Assembly (NCBI GenBank): GCA_001600695.1
Contig: BCKQ01000003.1
Location: 1,090,654-1,154,653, forward strand
Source: Ascoidea asiatica JCM 7603
Taxonomy: Eukaryota > Fungi > Ascomycota
Reading direction: 5' to 3'
DNA length: 64,000 nucleotides
Shown here: piece by piece, positions 1 to 11,045 of the stretch
Position numbering within the stretch: the stretch's first letter is position 1
Layout: each line of letters starts with the position of its first letter
Program-made: the position numbers and the translations under genes
The notes under the pieces: generated by a model
Seen by the model: only the letters and a program-made list of their open reading frames with translations
Databases searched by the model: none
Told to the model about the DNA's origin: nothing

Positions 1-500
1 ACGACCATTTAAATTTGTTGGAGGAAAAAATGACAGAGTTCCAGGAACTGCATAACCAAAATTAGAATTTGTATTATATGGATTTGATTCATAATTTGAA
101 TAATTAATTCCTGGAATCTGAGATGATAATGGAGAATTTGTTGAATTATTAGATAATGTTGAAGGTGATGAAGAATTATTATTAATATTATTACTATTAC
201 TGTTATTGTTATTATTATTGTTAATATGATTTGAGTTATAAGTATTTGGTGTATAATAACTATTTGAATTTCTATTTAAGTTTCTATTAATATTTAGGTT
301 TGAATTTGGATTTAAATTTATATTTGCTTCATCTAATGATCCATATTGAGAGTTTGAATTATTTGAAGAAGAAGAAGAAGAAGATGTAAAATATTGATTA
401 TTTGGATTTGGATGATTTTGATTGTAATTTAAAGTAGATATGGAATTATTTGAAGAAATACTACTTGATTTTGAAGAAGGAGGAGTTAATAAATTTGGAT

Positions 501-532
<32 letters not shown>

Positions 533-932
533 GTATTTATACTTAAATTATTCATATTATTATTCATATTATTATTCATATTATTATTCATATTTGAATT
601 TGAATTTGAAGAATAAAACATATCATTTGATAAAGAATTTTGATTAATATTTTGATTAATATTATTTGAAATAGTTGGTAAAGAATTAGACCTTTCTTTT
701 TGTTGTAATTTTAATAATTCTGAATTTTTTTTCTTTTTTTCTCTTAATTTAGCTCTAATTTCTCTAAATTCTTCTGGTTTTCTTTTTAAACCATGATTTT
801 GTGTTAAAACATGAGCATTTAAATGATTTAAAGTTCCATAACCTTTTGTACAACCATTCCATTTACATAAATAAACTCTATCAATTTCATCATGTTTACG
901 TCTTGGTCTTTTTTTCTTTTCACTTGATTGAA

Positions 933-977
<45 letters not shown>

Positions 978-1743
978 TTTCGTTATTATTATGAATAATA
1001 TTTTCATTTTTATTTAATGAAGTTGGTGAAGTTGTTGGAGAAATTATTGAATTTATAGAATTTATTGGATTTATTGGATTTATTGGATTTATTGAATTCA
1101 CTTGATTCATTTGATTCATTGAAGTAAGTTGATTAACTGAATTGATTGAATTCATTTGATTAATTGGATTAATTTGATTATAATTATTAATTGGATTGAT
1201 TGGATTAATTGTATAAGATAATTTTGAAGAATATCTTGAATTCAGATTATTTAAATTACTCAGATTACTATCCATATTATTAAGATTAATATTACTTAAA
1301 TTATTTGAAGAATTATTATTATTATTATAAGAATTATAATTATTATAATTTGAATTATATGAATTCATTGAAGATTGATTATTTATATTTGAAGATTTAA
1401 TTGTTGAAGGATTAGAGATTGAAGATGAATTTGAATTTGAATTTGAATTTGAGGTAGAAGTAGAAATAGAAGTTGAAGTTGAATTTGAATTTGGAGTTGA
1501 ATTAGATATAATTGGATTAATAGGAGTATTATTATTTAAATTTGATTGAAAAGTTGGATAAGAATAAGAGTTACTATTAATATTATTAGTATTAATATTA
1601 TTATTATTATTAATATTATTTAAGTAAGATTGATTCATTTGAATTGATTGTTTATTAGGTAAAGGTAACAGAATTGGATTAAAATGATTTGAAATTGGAT
1701 CTGATATTTCAGCACAAATTAAAGTATTAATTCTTTCTGGCAT
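1..1743 (-). CDS. Con7/Vta2-family C2H2 zinc-finger transcription factor (3' end runs off the window)
   Basis: ATG at 1743 (MPERINTLICAEISDPISNHFNP...), frame still open at position 1 (...FGYAVPGTLSFFPPTNLNGR). Around 760-915 it reads KRPRRKHDEIDRVYLCKWNGCTKGYGTLNHLNAHVLTQNHGLKRKPEEFREIR, matching the Con7-type signature RPRR-x-x-EI-x-R-x-Y-x-C-x-W-x-GC-x-K-x-YGTLNHLNAH. Rest is Asn/Ser-rich. Not in the ORF track because it is truncated. Confidence 0.85.
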
Positions 1744-2269
1744 AATATTAGTTGTAATATTATGTTTATGGTTAAAATTAGTTCAGAAATTAATAATTGG
1801 TTGTGTATATAATTGGATGATTTATTATATATTCAATATATATTTAATGTATTCTTAATATTAATATATTCTTTATATAGTTTTTAATATAATATATAAA
1901 TATGTATATTTAATATATAAATAAAGGTTTATTATAAAGACTACAAATTACAATAAAATAAGTAAATATATACAATATATATTCGGGGCTTTTTTAAAGA
2001 AAAATTAGCTTAAAATAAGTGTATTTTAGTAGGGATTTTTGATTCTTTTATATTCTAAAAAATAAGTTAAATTGAATAAAGAAAAAAAACATTGGAGATT
2101 TTGCACTGCGTGAAGAATGAGCTAATGCAAACTTTTCTAAAGTGTTCTAAAGTACTGATATTAGTAGAAAGTGTGTCAAATTTAAGTGTATTACTAAATT
2201 ACTAAGATTTTAAGATATTAAGAATTAAAAAATTATCAAAGATATCAAATATTAGATACAGTACTACAT

Positions 2270-2317
2270 AAGATACAAGATACAAGATACAAGATACAAG
2301 ATACAAGATACAAGATA
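2270..2317. repeat. (AAGATAC)x6.8 heptanucleotide tandem repeat
   Basis: Read directly from the sequence. Confidence 0.95.
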
Positions 2318-2386
2318 TTAGTTACTAGTTATTAGGTACAAGAACACTAACAATTAGATATCAAATCTGATATTGATAACCAAGAT

Positions 2387-2437
2387 ACACACCCTCACAC
2401 CCACACACTCTTACACACTCTTACACACCCACACTTA
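2387..2437. promoter_or_regulatory. CA-rich tract with two Rap1-like sites (ACACCCACACAC 2397-2408, ACACCCACAC 2425-2434)
   Basis: Matches the yeast Rap1 consensus ACACCCRYACAY; lies ~650 bp upstream of the Con7-type gene. Confidence 0.4.
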
Positions 2438-2937
2438 CTCTAGCTCCTTAAGGCAGCGCACGCAGCACAGGAAAGCGCATACTACTTTATAAAGTACCAT
2501 AAACACAGGAATCTACGTATTGTGCACATTTTTAAGTTGTGCGCTGCTATAGGCAGCTGCACGCTGTATCCAAAGGCACTCCCGTATCAATTGCTATGAT
2601 ACCATGTTATTATGCTATTATACCATTATGATTTTAATATTTTATGCTATTATGCTATTAAGTTCTTAAGTTATAAATATCTAAAGTTTCTAAATGTGTT
2701 ATGTCATTATGTGAGTTATGCAAATAGTAAATTTGGGAGAGTATGGTTTGGAATGACATTATATTATTGTATGTATTCATATGAGATTTTTGATATGAGA
2801 CTGATAACAAGATTGTCCAAAATACAAATGTGCAATTGAAACTAAGATGGTTTGTTTATCTTCTTGTGTCCTGCACAATCAAGATTAGCTCTCTCTGTAC
2901 AGTACAGCCACTATACTCTGCAGTCTCAGGCATGCGA

Positions 2938-3936
2938 GTACGGCACCTTGTAGTCTGGAATTTAGGGGACTTTAGATACACTTTTAATCACTGAGGGTCA
3001 TTTGCCACAAAAGCGCACATGTTTGCTATGTGGACCAGAGTCCATTTAATTTACAAAATATCGGTACAATTTATTAATAATATAATATAATTTAATATAA
3101 TAGAGGCCAGATTGGCGCACTTTTCTTCAAAGACTCTCCTAATATTGCTTAGATATTTCCCAAATAATTTGATTCTTGGGGTTATTTGGAGATATCAATT
3201 GGGTCTGCAACTAAAATTTGATTGATTTATTGATTAATTGATTGATTGATTGCAATTGTACTGTAGTTAAGTACAATTATAAATATTATTACTGCGTGCA
3301 TTGAGGTTTACCCTACATACGCAATTATAGTGATTCGTATTAATGCTAAATTATTAATTAATTCAATCAGACTAATTTAGCAAATGAGGGTAGCAGAAGT
3401 TTAAAAGCTTGGCTTGATTGTTTTTAATTGGTTGATCTGATTGTTGAAGCTCTAATCATTGTAATAATTTTGAATTATTAATCAATTGAGCTAGTATAAG
3501 GTTAGAGTTTGGTGCTAAAAACTCCACCATCAAACCCTAACCTTATCTATGCTAAGAGGCTTCAAATTTTGTTCAAGCTCTGATTAAAAATAAATTATTG
3601 GAGTATTGCTGTGGTAGCAGAGTACAATTTCTGTACTACATTATCTCTGTGGTATTAATATTAATACTAAAATATCACTCAACCATTTTCATTTTTATTT
3701 TCATTTTTAATTTCATTTTTAATTTTCACATGCTTTAGGCTAACTTTGATCTTAACTTGCACACTTTTCCAACTTGACAAGATAAACACATAACTTGAGG
3801 TTACCCCACTTGTTTCTACATACACCACTTTCTATCATAGCAACTCAGCATTCACTACCATAGTAATACTAATGTTATTATAATTAATATTATTATTATT
3901 ATCAGGCTACAGCCATACAAACATTGCTACTTTTTG
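2938..3936 (+). ncRNA. Candidate ~1 kb structured non-coding RNA (class unknown)
   Basis: No ORF; at least six mutually compatible helices found by eye, closed by a long-range 2948-2957/3903-3912 helix, with mismatches mostly G-U on the + strand. See findings. Confidence 0.4.
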
Positions 3937-4004
3937 CAATTATTATGAATACAGTAAACATTAAAAATATTACAGGCGATCATGAAATATTTTAATTCAA
4001 TTAC

Positions 4005-4012
4005 GTCACGTG
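4005..4012. promoter_or_regulatory. Cbf1-type bHLH site GTCACGTG next to T-tracts
   Basis: Exact RTCACGTG consensus followed by poly(dT) runs. Confidence 0.5.
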
Positions 4013-4612
4013 CTCCCCTTTTTCTATTTTTTTCTCCTTTTTTATGGATCTTAAGATAAATAAAGACTTCCGAATGACCCTTTTTTTTTCTCTATTACTT
4101 TTCAGAAATCTATTTTTTTTTTTTTAAATGAGTTCAATATTCTACAGCATACTAAATTATTTCATCACTTTTTAATGGTTGTGATTTACAAGAAATTGTG
4201 AATACCATTGAAAAGAGTTTTTTTTTTTTTATCAAAGTTTCAATATTTGTACTTTTATATTGTAGATCAATTATTTCATATTATTACTACAAAACTAATC
4301 CAATTCATCAAAAATTGATTCCCAAAACTGCAAGTTTTTAGTTGAGCTTAAAAATGTGGGTGGATGTACGTAAATGTTAGCGAAGGTCTTTGGCTGTATT
4401 TGGTGCATACTGACTGTCTTGCAGCTCTTGGCAGTATTCTGCTGCAGATAACAGCTGCCAAAACTACAACAACCAAATATCAAAACTATATCAAAACTAT
4501 ATCAAAGGATTCAATAAATTTGATGCCTTTAATTAGTTTTTCAAAATTTCATAATATCATGATAATAATAGCATATAACAAAAATACAGTATATTTATTA
4601 CTCATATATTAC

Positions 4613-4656
<44 letters not shown>

Positions 4657-4708
4657 TAACAATTAAATCTATATATTTTTTTTATTTCTTTCTAAGATAT
4701 TTTTTTTT

Positions 4709-6628
4709 TCATTGATTTTCAATAATACTACCATAATTATAGAAATCATATTCATTTAATGCATTATATTTTTTCGGCTGTTCAGGTAATTTTATACCTT
4801 GTTTTTTCATTGCTTCAATTCTTAAATTTTTAAAATTTGATAAATAATAATGTGAATTATCATCAAAAATAACTGGATAATTTTTATCTCCAAATGGTCT
4901 TAAATATCTTGCTTTTATATAAAATTTATTATCTTTTTCAAATTCATTTTTATTCATTCCAATTTCATTTAAAATATTTATTGATTCTTCTGAATATGAA
5001 TCAATTGATTTAATACTTGACATTGATGATAATCTATCTTTATCTTTATCTTTATTATTATTATTATTATTATTCTGAAATAAATACATTTTAGAATTCT
5101 TTAATTTACTTGTTTTATTATTATTATTTATTTTCCTTTTATTCTTCTTCTTATTATTGTTATCACTATTATAATCTGTGATATTGCTTATATTACTATT
5201 ATTCAGATATTTGGTGCTTGGTGAAACTTGATTAGATGATATATTAATCACACCTAATTCTTTATCCTTATCTCTTTCTTTATCTTTATCTTTATTTTTA
5301 TCTTTATCATATATATTCTCACTTTCATTATTATATCCTAGATTTGATTTAGAATTTGGTGAATTTGAAAATACTCCTCTCAGAGATGAATTTATTGAAA
5401 TATATGAATCGTTTCTTTGTAAAAGTCCTTTATTTCCAAAAATTGAATTATTTTCATTACTATTTATATCATTATTATTCAGATCATTACTATTACTATT
5501 ATTATTATTATTTTCATCTCTTTGTGGTAACCAAAATCTTTGGCCATCATAATATCTCAAACCTTTATTCATTCTTGCATATCTTGATTTAGATTTTGGA
5601 TGACTTATTAAAGCTTCAACACTATCAAAATGTTTATAATCATAATTTTTTCCATTAAATGTAACTTTAAAATCATAAATTAAATCTCCAATACCAAAAG
5701 AATCTTTTAAAGCCATAATAAATTTTAATCTACATGAATTTGATAAATTTTCATAATTATATTCTTTATAAGAAAATGAATTCCAATGTCCAATTGCAAA
5801 TAAAATTAATTCACAACATAATAATGAATTTTGTATTGCAATTGATAAATTATAATCATTTGAATTAGAATTTGAATTTGAATCTTCTGAAGAAGAAGAA
5901 TTTTGAAAATTTGATAATAAATTAAAATAATTTAATATACCTAAAATTATACCTTGCCAATAAGATGCAAAAATTATTAATTTAACACATAAAAATTTTC
6001 CCCATGGATTAAATGGCATTAAATCATTATAAAGACATTTCCAAAACATAACTAAACAATATAATGATAAACTTACAGTACAATTATAAATTATTGTAAT
6101 CCAAATATATGGTGAAAATATTGATAAATTATTAATATTATAAATATTTAAAAATTCAAAAATTGCAATTAATAAACATAATATTGGTTTTAACCAAACA
6201 TATTGTAATATACCTCTTTTAATATTTAAAAATGTATATGGATCACTAATATCAACTTGATTAAAAAATAAATTAAATGGAAATGGTTGTGTTGTTGGAA
6301 TTCTACCAGATGTCATTATTATTATATTTCTTTCACCACCTAAAATATCTGTTAATAATGTAAAAAATGTATAAATTACAAAAGCTTCATAAATTTCTCT
6401 AATTGGTTCAATAAATTTTGAAATATTTGGTGCAATTAAATTTAAAAAACATGATAAAGCATATAATGGTAACATTATTTGAATTCTATTGATTAATCTT
6501 TGTTGTAATGGTTTTCTATAATTTAAAAGATGTAAACATATTGAAGTTAATGATATTATAACCGCAATAAAACTACATAATCCAGATATTACCACTATTG
6601 GTATTGGTAAAAGTATTGATGATTCCAT
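4709..6628 (-). CDS. HFL1: TMEM184/OSTalpha-family vacuolar membrane protein (Hfl1-like)
   Basis: N-terminal multi-TM domain with HLLNYRKPLQQR, IREIYEAFVIYTFF, KRGILQYVWLKP, KFLCVKLIIFASYWQ; C-terminal FGDKNYPV resembles the Hfl1 Atg8-binding region. Confidence 0.9.
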   Translation of the reverse strand: MESSILLPIPIVVISGLCSFIAVIISLTSICLHLLNYRKPLQQRLINRIQIMLPLYALSCFLNLIAPNISKFIEPIREIYEAFVIYTFFTLLTDILGGERNIIIMTSGRIPTTQPFPFNLFFNQVDISDPYTFLNIKRGILQYVWLKPILCLLIAIFEFLNIYNINNLSIFSPYIWITIIYNCTVSLSLYCLVMFWKCLYNDLMPFNPWGKFLCVKLIIFASYWQGIILGILNYFNLLSNFQNSSSSEDSNSNSNSNDYNLSIAIQNSLLCCELILFAIGHWNSFSYKEYNYENLSNSCRLKFIMALKDSFGIGDLIYDFKVTFNGKNYDYKHFDSVEALISHPKSKSRYARMNKGLRYYDGQRFWLPQRDENNNNNSNSNDLNNNDINSNENNSIFGNKGLLQRNDSYISINSSLRGVFSNSPNSKSNLGYNNESENIYDKDKNKDKDKERDKDKELGVINISSNQVSPSTKYLNNSNISNITDYNSDNNNKKKNKRKINNNNKTSKLKNSKMYLFQNNNNNNNKDKDKDRLSSMSSIKSIDSYSEESINILNEIGMNKNEFEKDNKFYIKARYLRPFGDKNYPVIFDDNSHYYLSNFKNLRIEAMKKQGIKLPEQPKKYNALNEYDFYNYGSIIENQ

Positions 6629-7085
6629 TTTGTAAAAGATATATGTATAAATATAAATATAAATATAAATATAAAAAGAATATATTAATTATTATATTAA
6701 TTATTATATTATCAAATATAATAATAACATGCTAATTTTTTGATTAAATTTATAATGATATTATGGTTATAACTACTACCTTAAAATGAGAATTGAAAAG
6801 ATGAGGATTAGATTTTATTTAAGAAAAAGACTAAATGAATCAAAAGAATATTATCAAACGACCAATTATATATTCTACTTGTTATATTGTCTCTATTCTT
6901 ATTATGGAATTAATATATTTATGATTAAAAACTCTTGTATTATAAATTTAATATAAATTGATTATAAATTTATTCAAAACCGAGTAATAAAAACAGCAAA
7001 ACAGAGATAAACAAAATTGTTGATTGTCAATGGATCATTTCTTCGGAAAGCGGTTTAAAGCCAGTCGTTAAGAGAAAAAAACAGA

Positions 7086-7093
7086 GTCACGTG
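7086..7093. promoter_or_regulatory. Cbf1-type site GTCACGTG in HFL1 promoter
   Basis: Exact consensus ~460 bp upstream of the HFL1 ATG. Confidence 0.55.
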
Positions 7094-7998
7094 CAAACAT
7101 TCTTCAAACCACTTTAAAAATAAACCTTTAATAAACAGACACCAAATATAAAATGATAAACAAGATGATATAAATAATGATAAATAAGATAGATTTGAGA
7201 ATGAGGATTGGTGTTTTGTAGGGCGTGAGAGTATTGCTGTAGTAGTTTGAAGATGTTGGTGTTCTTTTGTCTATGAAAACAAGACTAATTAGAGAATAAA
7301 TCAACAAGAAATTTTGTTGACAAAAAATATTACTCGAGTTAAGCTATTCTCGAGTAAAATACTTTGAAATAGGAGAATGAATCTCATTGTGATAATCATT
7401 AAAGAAACAATTCTTAATAGTTTGTTAGCTTTTGAATCCAGTTTTATAGAAAGAAATATAATATAAATTAAAATAAATTAAAATTGAGTAATAAATATAA
7501 AATTTAAATAGGCATTATATCACTAAAGAAGTGAATGGACAAAAATTATTTTGCAAAAAATTATAAGAAATAATTAATGAAAATGAAAAAATAAAAAAAT
7601 TTTAAAATAAAAAAGTAAAATAAGATAAAAATGATAATTATATATATAAAAAATCAATAAGGGAAAGATGTTTTATGTAAAAAAAAAAAAGCCAGAAAAA
7701 AAAACTAGGTAATAATATATATTGAAGAAGAAACTTTGTTTTTTTTTTTAAAATTTCATTAATTTTTTTTTTTTCTTGAAATTTTCAAAACATTATTTTA
7801 AAGACTATTAACAGGAATTAAGATGATAATGAATGTATGATTTCGCTTTTGTTTTTTGTTTTTTGTTTTTTTATTATTTTGTTATGTATGATATTGTTTT
7901 TGATATTTTTTTCTTTAGCGGTTGGTTAGTTGATTTATGTATTTTAATTTTTGATTTCATACCTAAGGATAATATTAAGGATATTATTAAGGATATTA

Positions 7999-9219
7999 TT
8001 ATAATAGATAAGTTTTTGCAACTTCATAAGCAGTCCAACAAATTGCAGTACTTGGAATATTAAATAAGATTCTTGGTCTTAAACCTTTTAAGAAATTAGA
8101 ATAACCACCATCTAAATTTTTTATATATATAAAAGCATCTTTGAAACCATTAATTCTACCTAAATTTTCTTTATTTTCCATAAATATTAAACCTTTAGTT
8201 TGTAATAAAGTTTTTATACAATCTAATGGAGTTGTTATAGCAGCAGCAAAAGCACCAGCTAAACCACCAGATATTACATGTAATAAAGGATTATAATTAT
8301 GATTTGGATTTAAAATTGAAGAAGAATATTCATAAATACCAAAATTTATAGCTGCAAAAGGTATATTTAATAATAAAGTTGTTGGATAAGATATATAAAA
8401 AGCTTTAAAACCTTCATTTTTATAAATTTGATTTGATAATTGAAATACATTAATTGAATTTGAATTTATTGCTTGCATTCTTTGTTTTAAAGTATCAAAT
8501 GGAGTCATTAAAGCATCACTTGCAGTTGTTGCACATATACCAGATAATGAAGCTATTAAAGGATGATCTTCATGAGTTATAAAATTATCTTTTTTTATTT
8601 TATGATCCTGTATAATATTATTATTATTATTATTATTATGGGTATTATTATTATTATTTCTTGATTTAATGTAATTAACTAAAAAAGTTTTAGTATTTTC
8701 AAAAACACTAAAATAAACAGCATGAGCAGGACCAGCTCCTAATAAAACTGAAGATATACCTCTCCATAGAGCCATTGAACCTTCTTGAGAAGAGATTTTT
8801 GCAATTGAAGCAAAAACACCATTTGGTAAAATTTGATTTTTAAATTTTGATAAATTATTTATATTATTTATATTATTTATGTTACTTATATTATTGATAG
8901 TATTTAAATTTGAAGAAGAATATATTTGCATTCTTGTTTTAATTGCATCAATTGGAAACATTAAAGTATGTTCCATCATACCTGCAAAAGCTCCACAAGC
9001 TAATTGAGCTATAAATGGAAAATTATCAGGTAAAGCTTCATAATCAATTTCTTTTTCATTATTTTGATTATTTATAATAATATTATTTGAATTATTGATA
9101 TTGTTATTGTTATTGTTATTAGTATTAGTATTAGTAGTAGTTGAATGTTGATTTGAATTTAAAGTCATTGGTAATAATAAAGAATCAGAAGAATTTTGAA
9201 GTACTTTTTGAGAAGGCAT
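7999..9219 (-). CDS. MRS4: Mitochondrial iron carrier (mitoferrin, Mrs3/Mrs4)
   Basis: Three carrier repeats PIDAIKTRMQ, PFDTLKQRMQ, PLDCIKTLLQ; mitoferrin-specific DYEALP, GAFAGMMEH, GAGPAHAVYF, SYPTTLLLNIPF, PSTAICWTAYE. Confidence 0.92.
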   Translation of the reverse strand: MPSQKVLQNSSDSLLLPMTLNSNQHSTTTNTNTNNNNNNNINNSNNIIINNQNNEKEIDYEALPDNFPFIAQLACGAFAGMMEHTLMFPIDAIKTRMQIYSSSNLNTINNISNINNINNINNLSKFKNQILPNGVFASIAKISSQEGSMALWRGISSVLLGAGPAHAVYFSVFENTKTFLVNYIKSRNNNNNTHNNNNNNNIIQDHKIKKDNFITHEDHPLIASLSGICATTASDALMTPFDTLKQRMQAINSNSINVFQLSNQIYKNEGFKAFYISYPTTLLLNIPFAAINFGIYEYSSSILNPNHNYNPLLHVISGGLAGAFAAAITTPLDCIKTLLQTKGLIFMENKENLGRINGFKDAFIYIKNLDGGYSNFLKGLRPRILFNIPSTAICWTAYEVAKTYLL

Positions 9220-10269
9220 TTTTATATTTTATATATTATATTTTATATATTGATAAGATATGAAATGATATGAATGTGAATATGAATATATGAGTGAATA
9301 TGGATGAGTTTATATATGAATATTTATATGATTATAATGTATATTTATATGATTATAATGTATATTTATATATGAATGAAGTTCATTAAATATGATTTAC
9401 CTATGTAATTAATTGATTGATTAATTGATTAATTGATTGATGTAATTAATTGATGATTATTGAGAGTTAATATTAATAATGATATTAATATAATTTGGTA
9501 TATTTTTTAGATTAAAAATATTTACGAATAAGAATTGACGGATAATAATATATATATAAAATAAGTTAAAATTTAAGACTTATTATAAATTAGTTGATTA
9601 GATTTGATATAGTTTTAATGGATATTTGAACCAGTGTAAATTAAAAATTACTATTATTATTCTTAATATATTACTCTTAGTGGTATGAGTATTACTATTA
9701 TTTGTATTTTTATTGATATATTGATAATGATAATGATAATGATAATTGATAATAAATAAGAGTAAATAATAGATATAAATAATAAAGGATTAAATTTTCA
9801 AAATCCAAATTTCAATATCGAAAATTTAATAAGTAAATTCCATTACCTGTTAATGATTAATGAAATTTTTTATGATGATAAATTTTTGATATAATTGATA
9901 TTTTATTTGATATTAGATAATTTACTTTTCAACCAGCTGAAAAGTAAGTGAAAAGTAAGTGAAAAGTGACTGAAATAGTATTTTAGTAGTAATAAATGGA
10001 ATATATTAGTGGTAACAGTACTAGTAGCAGTGTTAGTGTTGATGTTTATGCTACATTTACTGCTAAAAAAGAGAGAGATTTTTGCGGCAGCGGTGATAAT
10101 TTTTTTGATTTTTTTATAATGAAAACCCCATGAAAGCGAGAATGCCCTGCTGAATTGGGATGAGTTCAAACAATAAACATAAAAATGTCAAGATTCTTGA
10201 GGCTGGACCTGAGAAAAAGTGAGATTAATTTCCTAAAGAAGTGAAACTTTTCTCAGTTTCGTTTTTTTT

Positions 10270-11045
10270 CAACGATGCAGCACTGGTGGGATGCGGAGTT
10301 AACGGGCATGCAGCAGGCGCAGTTGCCGGTTCGGGTAAGATCCGCATTCCTGAAATGCTTCGTATTTATAATCACTAATTACTAAGACATCTAGGGCTGG
10401 AACTGCTGCATTTTGAACTGGCCCAGGGTAATGGAATGGCTCTGACAGCTTTTCACCCTTGGTTATTCCTGGAAATACACGGGATCTGTCCCGTACTGTC
10501 CCGTGCTGTCCCGTGCTGACCAGAGACTTCTCATATTATCTGCAAAACGAGTGTTTTTATCCCGCGTAGCATCAGCCACTAACATCATTAACGCCACTAT
10601 TGCCACCAATTATACCAAATGAAAACAAACCGAATAAACAAAAAACAAGATCTGCACGTGAGCGGCGAGAATAAAAATCTCAAGCATTGCCTCAAAGGTT
10701 TAATTCGCACCCCATGCTTGTCTCTAAAAGGTATTTGTGGCATATTTCTGTGGCCAATTAAACGATCCCTATTTAACCAATACATTAATGTATTGGCTAT
10801 CAATTAGAAATCAAGAAATGTCAGTTGAATGAGTGTGGTTACGTTAATGAACTGGAACAATGTAAATTCCATATAAATTCAATATAAATTCAATATAAAT
10901 TCAATATATATTCAATATATATTCAATATAAATTCAATTTAAGTTGTATTTCGGCTCAAGTTTTGTTTCCAGATCCAACCAATCAAAGCACTCAACCATT
11001 TTTTTGAAATCAGACATGTTGAGTATATAATTACCACGTGACCTT
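10270..11045. promoter_or_regulatory. GC-richer regulatory island between divergent MRS4 and C2H2 genes
   Basis: CGGGTAA (Reb1-like, ~10333), (CTGTCCCGTR)x3 at ~10486-10515, three GCCAC motifs 10575-10606, CCAAT at 10606/10754/10777 and ATTGG at 10792, CGCACCC at 10706-10712, CACGTG at ~10655 and ~11035. Confidence 0.5.

Noticed and set aside
801-998. Short ORFs with poly-Tyr/Leu/Ile runs (also 4364, 5356, 22761, 32734, 42490, 48098-49013, 52082, 56025-58058)
   Set aside because: Shadow or antisense frames of real genes or of (TAT/ATT)n microsatellites.
3531-3543. AAACCCTAACC as a TTAGGG telomerase template or interstitial telomere
   Set aside because: Only ~1.5 units and buried in a long stem; templates are single-stranded.
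4005-4140. Point centromere (CDEI followed by AT-rich DNA); same for 7086 and 36901
   Set aside because: No CDEIII-like CCGAA element at a consistent spacing that stands out; GTCACGTG recurs in ordinary promoters here.
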